A stretch of DNA of 63,497 bases, filler included, from Octopus bimaculoides (taxonomy: Eukaryota), in the NCBI RefSeq assembly GCF_001194135.2. It is 6 parts of 6 records of this genome, joined end to end, with 100 filler letters (N's around TTAATTAATTAA, not from the genome) between each part and the next. Parts side by side here need not be neighbours in the genome. Positions count along the whole stretch, not along the records: positions 1 to 31,086 come from NC_068982.1; positions 31,187 to 57,008 come from NC_068983.1; 4 more parts are not named here. The stretch is one strand, 5' to 3'. A model generated the notes under the pieces. That model saw only the letters and a program-made list of their open reading frames with translations. It did not search any database and was not told the origin of the DNA. Position numbers and translations under genes: made by a program. This document shows positions 26,813 through 38,523 of the stretch, one piece after another. The stretch's first letter is position 1. Each line of letters opens with the position of its first letter.

Positions 26813-27678
26813 CTCATACAGGTACTCAGAACCACCTTGAATTTTGAAAGTGGATAAGGGAATCTGAACGTAGCCTTGTTCCTCTTTGTAACATTTCTGT
26901 CGGAGGCCTTCCTTCCACGTATCTTTCGTTTAGTTTTAAAGACTAGAGTGTAATTTCAGAGAAAGATATGACTGCTTTTGTGTAGGAAGAACGAGCGACT
27001 CGTCTAAAAGCGCTTATTTGGTTAGTCATTGTTTTTGTTGGTTGCGGTTGCTTGTTATTGTTAATACTGCTTTTGTTGTTGTACGGTTGTTTGAAAGATT
27101 AGCATGAAAAGTTCATAAAAGAAAATATCATACTTTGGTAAGAAAACATACTTTAAATGGACAAGCTGACAGATAACGTTGAGTATTTTTACTGAAAATA
27201 CTGAGTGGAGATATGAATAGGGAGAAAAAAATGAAATTTTAAAATATAAGTAACAGGTGGAAGAATGAAAACAAAAAGTATATAAAATAGATGCGAATAA
27301 AATAAAAGAAAAGAAATGGAGGACGAGTAGAAAATAAAGGTGGGCCAAAAGAAGGAGAGGGAGAGAGAGAGAGTGGGGGAGGGGTGAGGGACTCAAATTA
27401 GGAGGAAAATGACAGAGAAATATCAGAGGAGAGAAGAGCAGACAGATGGTGAAAACTGATATGGAAGATGGGACGGAGGAAGAAACGATAGAGAACATAC
27501 TGGTCAATGGGATGTATGTATAGATCCGCAAACACACACATTCAAACATACATACATATGTATGTACGTTCATATCTATCTGTCCACCTTTCTATCTATG
27601 TATGTATATGTATTATATGTCTGTATATTAAATTGTGTGTGAGTGTGTTTGTGTTTGTGTGTGTTTGAGTGTTTGTTG

Positions 27679-27980
27679 AAGAGTGGCGATCAGACAGAAT
27701 CGTTAGCACGCTTGGCAAAATGCTTAGCAGCACTTCTTCCGATTTCACGTTCTGAGTTCAAATTACCCGGAGGTCGACTTTGCCTTTCCGCTTTTCGAGG
27801 TCGATAAAATAAGCACCAGTTGAATACTGGAGTCAATGTAATTGACTTACTCCTCCCTTGGACTCGCTGGTCTTGTCATGGTTCAGTTTTATTTAAAGGT
27901 TTCTTGCCAATAGCGAAAGAACCGGTTTCTAACCTTGATCCAAGGCTCCTTCATTGGAATTTCAACATCAACAGCAGGGT
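27679..27980 (+). mobile_element. SINE family A copy plus a second repeat segment; duplicate of 25697-25997
   Basis: Shares private variants gcacgcttggc, ccggaggtcgac and tcgctgg.ct.gtcatggttca, and the same downstream segment. Confidence 0.85.
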
Positions 27981-28296
27981 ACTTTTGTTTGTACGCATGT
28001 ACAGATTTGTATGTTTTATGCATGTATTTTCATGCATATAGTTGCATATCTAGACATACTCATATATATGCTAATTTAGCGTGCAGAAAGTTACTACAAA
28101 CAACATGGCTGGACACAACATCAGCAACAACACAATCGAGGACCAGAACGAAAACAACAGCTCAACAGGTAAACAAATTCTTTCTAGGTGTATTTATAGA
28201 AGAAACCGTACGTATTTTCGATAGTCTCCCACGCCAAATACGCGATTTTTCACTTCGAGTCATGTATGTATGTATGTATGCATGTATGTATGTATG

Positions 28297-28348
<52 letters not shown>

Positions 28349-29706
28349 TATATGCATACACACACTCGGGCATATAAACAGTTACATATATATTTATATG
28401 TATTCATGTGTGCATGTGCGTGTTTGTGTTTAGTTGTCTATTTGTTGAGATCTACGAATTCTGGAATCAGAGTCTCTGTCGAATAAGATGGAAACCTGNN
28501 NNNNNNNNNNNNNNNNNNNNNNNNNNNNNNNNNNNNNNNNNNNNNNNNNNNNNNNNNNNNNNNNNNNNNNNNNNNNNNNNNNNNNNNNNNNNNNNNNNNN
28601 NNCACCACCACCACCACCACAACCACCGTCACCAACACCACTTCCACCACAGCCACCCTCCCATTACCAACAGCTCTTCCCCTACTTACCCCACCACTAC
28701 CTCAAACACCACCACCATCGTTACCATCACCCCACTACGACCACAACTACAACTATCACCATTATCACTACCACCACCACATCAGTAACACTATCACCAC
28801 AAGTGCACTACCACCACCACGACTACCCACACTATTTAAACAGAAAGATCACCTACCGCTACCACCTCCACCATCACCACCACTATCACAACTACAAACA
28901 CTCCCCACTACCAAATGCTCAAACACCACCACCACCACCACCACCACCACCACCACCATCATCATCGCTGGCGCCACCACCATCACTGTCGTTTTCTATC
29001 GTGCAGTGTAGAAAAAAAGCTTCTGTACCATCATCTCTTTCCCTATTAACTAAAGAAAATCCCACCAAAATAACACGTATTACACACTGTGTAACGTTGC
29101 GATAGACAAAAAGAGAACTTGAACACCCGATTGTTTAGTTAGTCTCTTCGTTTGGGGAATTAATCCTTGTGTGATTTTTACGGCGCGGGTTTAACGCGTG
29201 GCTTGCTTGTTCGTGAGAGCAGGTCAAGCAGAGAAACAGCTCTGTCTGTTTGACTGTTTGTCAGTCCACCTGTTTTTCTTGCCAGTAGGTCAATATGTTT
29301 GGGAGTTAATCTGTTTGTCGGCAGATAAAGATGGCTAGAGCAGTGTTGTTTTCTTTTAGAATTATTGTTATTTTTAGCTATATTTGTATTTTATTTTCCT
29401 TTTTTTTTCTGTATTATCTTGTTTCATAGTAGCTTAAGTGGTTGTTTCAGAATTAATTGTATCCTAAATAAATACGATATTTAATAACATAGAAATATAA
29501 AAAAAAAACACACGGAAAACGTTAGCAAGCATATATATATATACACACACACACACACATATACAAATATATATGTGTATGTATGTATGTATGTATGTAT
29601 GTATGTATGTATGTATGTATGTATGTATCTATCCATCCATCCATCCATCCATCCATCCATCCATCTATCTATCTATCCATCCATCCATCCATCCATCCAT
29701 CCATCC

Positions 29707-29753
<47 letters not shown>

Positions 29754-29998
29754 CATCTATCTATCCATCCCTCCATCCACTCCTCCCCTCCTTTTACACG
29801 AGAACATTAATGTGTGATACACGATCCCTATTGATCGCCCTTTTTTTTTTTTGATCCCTTTTGATCGAACTACCCCCTTTTCCTTCCTACGATCCCTTTT
29901 GATCGCCCCCCCCTTTTTCCTTCCCCCTCCCAAAAAGAAAAGCTCCACATTGTATTTGTCCGATCTTCGTTGAGCCCTGTGTGGCTAATAAAAAAATG

Positions 29999-30061
<63 letters not shown>

Positions 30062-30065
30062 ATAT

Positions 30066-30710
30066 CTAACATTCTTTATATCCTACTTTACGTGAGTATA
30101 ATTTAAAAACTCTATAATCGTGTAGTATACGTCTTGAGAAAACATCTATAGACGGACAGACGTATAGTGCTAAGAAGCGCAGAAATATCAGTTGCGGACA
30201 AAAGAATGTCCGATACAGGTGGTGGAATTGCGAGATCACGTAATTTCTGCGTGTTTGCACGTTAGAAACAGCTATCTACTATTACTACAAGCTAGCCAAA
30301 CTTCGTCCATGCCGATATATAGAAAGACAGTGACTAATCTGTCGCTGATATAGCAAATAGCCGTCGGGATGGGCAACAGTTAGTTACGAGCGACAGAAGC
30401 AGCATAATGCCGGCTGTTGCAATATTAGTAACTGATTAGTCACTGTTTTTCTATGTATCGGTAAGAATGAAGTTTGGCTATCTTGCGATGATAATGGGTA
30501 CCTGCTGCTGATGATATGCATGCACGCAGAAATCATGTGAACTAGTTGTTCCTCCACCAGTGCTGCATATTTCTTGTCCACTAATGAAGTTTCTGTACCT
30601 TTTAGCACTATACGTCTACTCCAGATGCTTTCTCAAGACGAATACCACAAAATTATAGCATTCTTAAGGATATCCACATTCAGTGGATTGTAAAGATTGT
30701 TAAGCGGTAT
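30066..30710. mobile_element. Long degenerate fold-back element (arms about 290 bp, loop about 45 nt)
   Basis: Left ctataatcgtgtagtatacgtcttgagaaaacatct...agacgtatagtgctaa...atttctgcgtg...tagccaaacttc...atagaaagacagtgactaatc pairs with right gattagtcactgtttttctat...gaagtttggcta...cacgcagaaat...ttagcactatacgtct...agatgctttctcaagacgaataccacaaaattatag. Confidence 0.8.
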
Positions 30711-30719
30711 TAATATAAC

Positions 30720-31075
30720 TTCCGTTGAAATAACTTGTAAAACCCCCCTATTCAATAACACGTCTACAAACTCTATGCTTGGAATGACTAATTCTAAATA
30801 CTATTGGAACTTACACACAAGGTACAGGAAACTTATATGTATTCCATTCTACCTAAATAATGGAACTGCCGATACAATATCCCTGCATATCTGACGTCTG
30901 TTTTCAGTCCACCACTTCACTCTCTATTTCATATCTTTTTCAGAATAACTATTGCTTAACCATTTTCTCACACCGTCTCCGATGAAGGGATATATAAAAT
31001 ATCCCGGAAACAGCTGTAAGACCTCTTTATAAATGTTCTGAAATCTTTCACAGCCTTGCATTTTTATCTCGTTCT
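30720..31075 (+). mobile_element. Probable Penelope-like retroelement terminal remnant carrying a hammerhead motif
   Basis: The assignment rests on the minimal hammerhead at 30975-31022, a motif known from Penelope-like element termini. A related segment lies in reverse at 62014-62046. No convincing RT or GIY-YIG reading frame is visible. Confidence 0.45.
30975..31022 (+). ncRNA. Minimal type I hammerhead ribozyme motif
   Basis: GTCT-CCGATGA-A-GGGATAT ataaa ATATCCC-G-GAA-ACAGCTGT-A-AGAC. Stem I is GTCT/AGAC, the core is CCGAUGA...GAAA (U4 to C variant), stem II has 7 bp, helix III is the palindrome ACAGCTGT, and the predicted cleavage triplet is GUA. Confidence 0.65.
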
Positions 31076-31130
31076 GTTAATGATATNNNNNNNNNNNNNN
31101 NNNNNNNNNNNNNNNNNNNNNNNNNNNNNN

Positions 31131-31142
31131 TTAATTAATTAA
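31131..31142. other. Assembly linker TTAATTAATTAA (also at 57053-57064, 59125-59136, 60778-60789, 62323-62334)
   Basis: An identical 12-mer with stop codons in all six frames, each flanked by about 44 N on both sides for a total of about 100 nt. This is an artificial contig join. Confidence 0.9.
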
Positions 31143-31620
31143 NNNNNNNNNNNNNNNNNNNNNNNNNNNNNNNNNNNNNNNNNNNNTTTTCGTAACAAGC
31201 TTACAGTACGTACTTCTCGGTTGTTATTCTTGGCTGGAATAATACCGGTGTTATTTAATCTGTTTGTAATTTTTTTGTACATGGTGTTTTGGGGTTCGAA
31301 GATGGTCTGATGTTGATGTAACACGTGTGTTTACGATCGCTGTGCGGGTAGTGGAGGTATCAAGTTAAAATACATCATTATATTTGGAAAAATAGAGATA
31401 AATTTCAATGAGTATTACTTACTCGGATATAGTCCAACCCTTTGTCAGCTATTTTTTGGCTCAATGCGATGTCTTTATTGCCGATGTTTTTGGATAAGTT
31501 TCGGAGCAGTGATTTATCGTACTCACATGTTAAACTTCCCCGGTGTCTTTTCACTTCCCCTATTAATATTAGTATTTATTATTATCATTATCATTATTAT
31601 AATTTTCATTGTTATTTCGC

Positions 31621-32045
31621 AGGCAACGAGCTGGCAGGATTGTTACTGCCCTGTCTGTCTTTTCGCTCTGAGTTCAAATTCCACCGAGACCGATTTTGCC
31701 TTTCATCCTTTCCAGGTTGGTGGAATAAGTACCAGTTACACACTGGGGTCGATGTAATCGACTTACCTCTCCCCCGAACTTGCTGGCTTTGTGCCAAAAT
31801 TTAAAATCATTATTATCATTATTATTGTTGTTAGTATTATTATCGACATCAACATCGTTATTACTGTTGCTAATTAGGCGATGAGATGGCAAAATCGTTT
31901 GCGCGCCGAGCAATATCATTAGCGGCATTCTGTCTGCCTTTACGTTCTGAGTTCAAATTCCTCCACTTGAGCACTGTGGTCGACGAAGCTAACTTGCCCC
32001 CACCCCCAACATTTGCTGGCCTTGTGCCAAAATTTGAAATCATTA
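31621..32045 (+). mobile_element. Two tandem SINE family A copies (31621-31810; 31876-32045 internally deleted)
   Basis: aggcaacgagctggcagga...tctgagttcaaattccacc...ttgtgccaaaattt and aggcgatgagatggcaaaatcgtt...ggccttgtgccaaaatttgaaatcattatt. Confidence 0.8.
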
Positions 32046-32053
32046 TTACTGTT

Positions 32054-32099
<46 letters not shown>

Positions 32100-32319
32100 T
32101 GAAGATGGACTCTGCCGTCGAAGATGTATTATTTTGGTCAAATGAAAACATTGTCATTGTTGCAAAAACTTTGATCGTGGTATTGCAAACTTGCTAAAGA
32201 AAGGCTGAACGGGGTTTGAATAAGAACAATAACTAAGCTTAGGCATTTCAGCCTCAAATATATTGTTTCTATACCGCCTAACAATAGCAACAGCAACAAC
32301 AAGAGTAACTATATAACGT

Positions 32320-32557
32320 AAATATTTTTTGAGGAAGTTAAAAGTTATGTCCAGTCAATGAGTGATCATTGCTTTCACACCTATAAAGCACTTAGCAGTA
32401 TAAGAGATTCGTCAGACTCAAATGGCCGAAGCTTATGCGCCTTCAGCCATTTGAGTTTGACGAGTCGGCCATATTGCTAGGCACTACATAGGTGAAAAAC
32501 CAATGGTCACTCTATGACCAGCCATAAGCTTTGGCTTCCTAAAATAAAATATTACAA
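32320..32557. mobile_element. Palindromic MITE-like element, about 240 bp
   Basis: The inner stem attcgtcagactcaaatggccgaag / cttcagccatttgagtttgacgagt has a 9-nt loop. Pairing extends outward through cacctat/ataggtg, gagtgatcattg/caatggtcactc and aatatt...aggaag/cttcct...aatatt. Confidence 0.75.
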
Positions 32558-32604
32558 CTCTAATGCAGAATGAGTGTGCTACTTTTTCTGATAATTGAAT
32601 TACT

Positions 32605-32767
32605 GACGTGGCTGTGTGGTAAGTAGCTTCCTTATCAACCACATGGTTCCGGGTTCAGTCCCACTGCGTGGCACCTTGGGCAAGTGTCTTCTGCTATAGC
32701 CTCGGGCCGACCAAAGCCTTGTGAGTGGATTTGGTAGACGGAAACTGAAAGACGCCTGTCGTATATA
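32605..32767 (+). mobile_element. SINE family B (tRNA head plus CORE-like domain; possibly related to octopus OR SINEs)
   Basis: gtggctgtgtggtaagtagctt...ggttccgggttcagtcccactgcgtggcaccttgggcaagtgtcttc...ggtagacggaaactgaaag. The segment caccttgggcaagt resembles the CORE-SINE core. The family name is from recall and not verified. Confidence 0.85.
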
Positions 32768-32789
32768 TGTATATTTATATATATATATT

Positions 32790-32844
<55 letters not shown>

Positions 32845-33197
32845 NNNNNNNNNNNNNNNNNNNNNNNNNNNNNNNNNNNNNNNNNNNNNNNNNNNNNNNN
32901 NNNNNNNNNNNNNNNNNNNNNNNNNNNNNNNNNNNNNNNNNNNNNNNNNNNNNNNNNNNNNNNNNNNNNNNNNNNNNNNNNNNNNNNNNNNNNNNNNNNN
33001 NNNNNNNNNNNNNNNNNNNNNNNNNNNNNNNNNNNNNNNNNNNNNNNNNNNNNNNNNNNNNNNNNNNNNNNNNNNNNNNNNNNNNNNNNNNNNNNNNNNN
33101 NNNNNNNNNNNNNNNNNNNNNNNNNNNNNNNNNNNNNNNNNNNNNNNNNNNNNNNNNNNNNNNNNNNNNNNNNNNNNNNNNNNNNNNNNNNNNNNNN

Positions 33198-33228
<31 letters not shown>

Positions 33229-33241
33229 CATATATACATAC

Positions 33242-33282
<41 letters not shown>

Positions 33283-33291
33283 CATACACAC

Positions 33292-33325
<34 letters not shown>

Positions 33326-34170
33326 ACACACACACACATTCATGAATTTGTTTTGCAAGACTCCAGATGTCAGATCGTGTGTTGCAACATTTATTGTTAT
33401 ATTTCGGAATGGTCATTTATTGGCATTTAGACACATGCACTACATATTCGTTCTTTAGGGAATAGATTAAACGCAACAGAAGGATACACGTCGGCTGGAA
33501 GGGTCGCTGAAGAGGTCACAGATGTGCAACGAAAGATTTCCAAACAAAGGACATAAGATAAAAGAAGAACAATAATAAACGAGTGAAGAACAAATATATA
33601 GTGCGTGTGTTTATTTGGCAAGAAAAAGAAATGAACATCCCGAAATATATCAATATATATATATATATATATATANNNNNNNNNNNNNNNNNNNNNNNNN
33701 NNNNNNNNNNNNNNNNNNNNNNNNNNNNNNNNNNNNNNNNNNNNNNNNNNNNNNNNNNNNNNNNNNNNNNNNNNNNNNNNNNNNNNNNNNNNNNNNNNNN
33801 NNNNNNNNNNNNNNNNNNNNNNNNNNNNNNNNNNNNNNNNNNNNNNNNNNNNNNNNNNNNNNNNNNNNNNNNNNNNNNNNNNNNNNNNNNNNNNNNNNNN
33901 NNNNNNNNNNNNNNNNNNNNNNNNNNNNNNNNNNNNNNNNNNNNNNNNNNNNNNNNNNNNNNNNNNNNNNNNNNNNNNNNNNNNNNNNNNNNNNNNNNNN
34001 NNNNNNNNNNNNNNNNNNNNNNNNNNNNNNNNNNNNNNNNNNNNNNNNNNNNNNNNNNNNNNNNNNNNNNNNNNNNNNNNNNNNNNNNNNNNNNNNNNNN
34101 NNNNNNNNNNNNNNNNNNNNNNNNNNNNNNNNNNNNNNNNNNNNNNNNNNNNNNNNNNNNNNNNNNNNNN

Positions 34171-34215
<45 letters not shown>

Positions 34216-35899
34216 AAGAAAAGAGATAGAGAGAAAGAGAACGAGACTCTTCCCGAAGAAGACATGCTAAAAAGGAAAGGGACCTATTTCGCAAAGAGTA
34301 TTCTTTGTAATTGGGAGGGGAGTCATGCGGCATAAGAGGAAGGGTTTGAAAGAGATTTGATTTATTCGCAGAAAGAAAAGTAATTTTCCAACCGGGGCAG
34401 GAAGATAAAAGCTTCTATCTCATCTTCAGGTTCCTTTTTTATTTTGTCATCTTTTTGTGTGTGTTTTATAAATTATAACTGAAAATGAGACAAAGAAGCG
34501 TGGAAGTCTACGAGCCTACATTTAGGTTCGTGTAGCAATACTTGTGTAAGGGATACGAGTGGGTCATGGCCTGGACTACTAGTAGTGATGAGGATATTTA
34601 TGTTCTTGCCAGCTTGGTATGAGCAAGAGGTGAGTGCAGAGCTCACAACAGCAAGGTCATGTGGAGAGCGAATGGATATTTAACTTCTAATGCTGCCTGA
34701 AAAAAAAAAAAAAAAAAAAAAAAAAAACTACGCTGAGAATATAGCGCATTGTGGAAGAGGAAAGAAAAAGGTAGACTTGATGGAGCGAAGTCATCGCAAT
34801 GTTACGTGCGTAAGTGTGAAACTAAGTTCGGAAAATGTCGTGACGTGGCAAACAGAAACAAAAGTGGAAGCAGACAGAATAGGTCTGCTGCTGTTGTTGT
34901 CATCGCAAGAGCACTGTTGACTATTCAGAATATATGGAGAGTAAAAAAAAAAAGACCAAAACAGAGTAAAAAAAAACAAAACAAAACAGCACCATCACCA
35001 CTAAAGAATGGCCAGTGAGACACAAAGAAGTCAAAGTGTCTTCTGCTACTTCCAGCACAGAACCAATCAGATATTTCAGTCAGGAATTTTGCTTATCATT
35101 TTGTGATTGTGAAAAGATAATGAATTCGTAAATAAAAGTCCGGGAGAATAGAAAGAAAAAAAAAAAGAGCAAAAATTAAATGGACCCAGATTTAGGGCTA
35201 ATAGGATATGAGAAGTCCATCATGGAGAGGAGTTAGTTCGCTTGTACTGTCTGAACTTCAGTTATCCGAAACAGATCCTAAAGGAAGAGTCGAAAGCACT
35301 AAAACCGGACTGAAAAGATATGCCGCGTACACCGAAAGCCAAAAAATTACGAACTGCTAGAGGAATCTAAGCCAACGTTGTGATAAGAGATGGAACATTT
35401 GGGAGGTATCGAGATGCATTAGGCTAACATTACCTGTTTCTTAATTTGAAGACGTACTTTGGAGTTGGAAGAGGATAACGAATGTTCAAAGTAAAGTTGC
35501 GAGGGAGTCATAACCCTCACCTTATTGAAGTTTCTCAGCCCTTATTGGGAACTGTTTACATTTTGGGGTTACATGGTAAACATTTTTTTTCTTGTCTTAT
35601 GTTAGATTACGCTTTAGCTCTATCACCGTTATGTTCTGAAATTCATCTCCATGGCATGTTCTTTTTTTTATTTTGCATTAAAGCCCATCAGAACGTACCA
35701 TCGTCATCATTATTAATAATAATAATCAATATTGTTACTATATTTTAGCAGAGTGGACAACCCCGCTCACTGATCGGCTAAGATGAAGCTACCTCTGAAA
35801 GGTGGCGCCGAGGTAGTGACCTCCAACATCACTTCTATAATTTACCCTCTGACAATCGTATCTTACCCAGTCCTTGTATGCTTCCGCTTTGTGTAGAAA

Positions 35900-36800
35900 G
35901 GAAGTGTTCATCTCCTGAGTCGGTGGATTTGTTATCTGTTCATTCTGTAAGATCAGCTCAGTATGTATCACCAGCTGACACTCCTAGGTGGGGAGCAAAT
36001 GTGACCTCTGCTTGTAAACGAAATTTTCCACAGCTCATCTCTTTTCCGAACCACCAGTTGTGGTTCAAGATATGATTAAATTTCGACGCCTGGCATCTGG
36101 AGTGTCGTCCGGCACTCCAACTCTACCAGGCGGTCAACGTGATTGGTTGATGTCCACTCTAGCCTAATATAGAGAACTAATGGTGCATAAGTGTGATAAC
36201 ATTCTTGGTAAAGCACTAAGTGTCAACAAAGATGAAATGACTGGCCTGTCGGAGAGGAATTTCGGACCGGACACTACAATGGATAACTTGCAAAAAGTCT
36301 TAGCCTGGTATTGCTACTGAGGAACTCTAGCGGTTCGAGATGAACTTCCAGCATTCGTGACTGCCAAGAGATGCACAGAAAGTGACGAAAGCGTACAACA
36401 CGCGATCGTGCAGTGTGTGAGTATTGCGGTTTTAGAGCTACGTCAAACATCTGTTATCGCGAATAGGATGGATTCGGTTGTCGAACGAGTTTATAATGAA
36501 GACCGCGCCACTTCTCTTTTAATAAAGCTAGACAGGCATTTTTGTTCTGTCCAGTAGCTATGATGAAAAAGGTCGAGTGGTGGACGAAGCTTAAAAGGCC
36601 GAGGACAGACGCTTTCTGCGTATTCATGCTTTCATCGACACTTTCAAGTTCCATTTGGAAAGATTAGCGAGGGCGGAGAGAGAAATGCTCACTTGCTGTG
36701 AATTCGTCCAAAAGGTAGTGACTGTGTCGAACAGGCTAACGGTGAATGAAACTGCTCTAAACATACAACCGTAAAGTGAGAAACGTAACGTTTGGGAGAG
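35900..36800 (+). mobile_element. Decayed L1/Tx1-type LINE, C-terminal region
   Basis: Interrupted frames give QKSLAWYCY*GTLAVRDEL and the CCHC-like KRCTESDESVQHAIVQCVSIA, then ...AMMKKVEWWTKLK..., resembling the zinc-knuckle region after the RT of L1/Tx1 elements. Many stops and frameshifts. Confidence 0.55.
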
Positions 36801-36972
36801 AGGACATGTGTTGGCGATCAGATGATCATAGAACTGCGGGGCTCCTTGGTTGGCTTAAGTTAGAAGCTTTCTTGTGTGTGGATTATATCATCCATTTGTT
36901 CAAATAATGCGTATCCTATATATAATCAGAAATATAATAATAATGATAATGATAATACTAATAATAATAATG

Positions 36973-37021
<49 letters not shown>

Positions 37022-37030
37022 TAATGCTGA

Positions 37031-37385
37031 GACCCCATTCAGTCATGGCTGACCATGGGATTGCACTTAGAAAGCTACCCTCCCAGGCACAAGTCCGGGC
37101 AAGGCTGTTTATGGAAGACCAGCAGTCGCCCCTGCATACCAGCCTCTCTTCTCCACGCCACCAGTGTAATCCAAGGGAAAGGCAAAGGGGCTGATACAGC
37201 TTGGCACCTGTGACATCGCAACTCATTTCTACAGCTGAGTGAACTGGTAGCAACATGAAAATAAAGTGTCTNNNNNNNNNNNNNNNNNNNNNNNNNNNNN
37301 NNNNNNNNNNNNNNNNNNNNNNNNNNNNNNNNNNNNNNNNNNNNNNNNNNNNNNNGACGCTCTAACCACTGAGGTATGCGCCTTC
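37031..37385 (-). mobile_element. SINE (head D joined to tail E), interrupted by an N gap and flanked by (AAT)n
   Basis: Same tail as 13378-13600. The head end gacgctctaaccactgaggtatgcgcctt resembles 8010-8037. Confidence 0.8.
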
Positions 37386-37387
37386 AC

Positions 37388-37770
<383 letters not shown>

Positions 37771-37793
37771 CAACCTTTACACTTTTATTATTA

Positions 37794-38450
37794 TCAGTAT
37801 ATTACTTCTAAGAGCTTCCTCTGGTTGATTCTATGAGAGTAGACAGCTAACTTTTGTCAGAGGTCTCACAGGGTCTCTTTCCGCAAACTGTAAGCTCTGG
37901 TACCTGAACGTTATCTTATTATTGAAGACACTCAATACCCACGTACCAATCTCAAAATTCTAGCTGTCCCCAATAGAGAAGATCTGGGGGCTTGGTCTGC
38001 ACTCATATCAATCCCAATTTCTCCGTGGACTTTTCGGAACTGGCTGTTAGTGATCCGGGCGCCCCTACAACTATTGGGATAACAATTACTCTCCTCATTG
38101 CGTTCATTCTTGCAATTCCCTCTTTTAGTGTTTTGTATTTCTCCATCTTTTGCAGATCTTTGTCATTTATGTGTGCATCCCCGGGTATGACATATTCAGG
38201 ACATTGGTTTCCTTTTTCTTTTATCTATGACAACAATGTCTGGTCTCCGAGCATCGATTAGGGTGTCACATTGGATTGTAAAATCATTCAGGGTCTTATA
38301 ATCATTGTCCTCAGTGACGCTCTCTGGTTTATGTTTGTACTGTTTCTTTGTTTTGCCCAGACAGTACCTTTCACCCAGTCTCTTGTAGATAAACTTAGCC
38401 ATGAGATCAGAAGCCATGAGAGCCACTGTCTGGTACTGCATCAAGGAATT
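37794..38450 (-). mobile_element. R4/Dong-type non-LTR retrotransposon, restriction-like endonuclease fragment (copy 2)
   Basis: YKHKPESVTEDNDYKTLNDFTIQCDTLIDARRPDIVVIDKRKRK, then (frameshift) YPGDAHINDKDLQKMEKYKTLK...VIVIPIVVGAPGS...LLGTARILR. This is the PD-(D/E)xK endonuclease end typical of R4/Dong elements. Confidence 0.8.
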
Positions 38451-38462
38451 TATTATTGTTAC

Positions 38463-38523
<61 letters not shown>

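Noticed and set aside
28488-29105. His/Pro/Thr-rich ORFs
   Set aside because: Produced by degenerate (CAC)n low-complexity sequence.
29-34335. Numerous long ORFs in the track ([16 protein letters not shown], poly-X)
   Set aside because: They are translations of microsatellites and N gaps and have no coding signal.
34480-35470. Possible decayed LINE around a poly-A run
   Set aside because: Too degenerate to translate into any diagnostic motif, so it is left unassigned.
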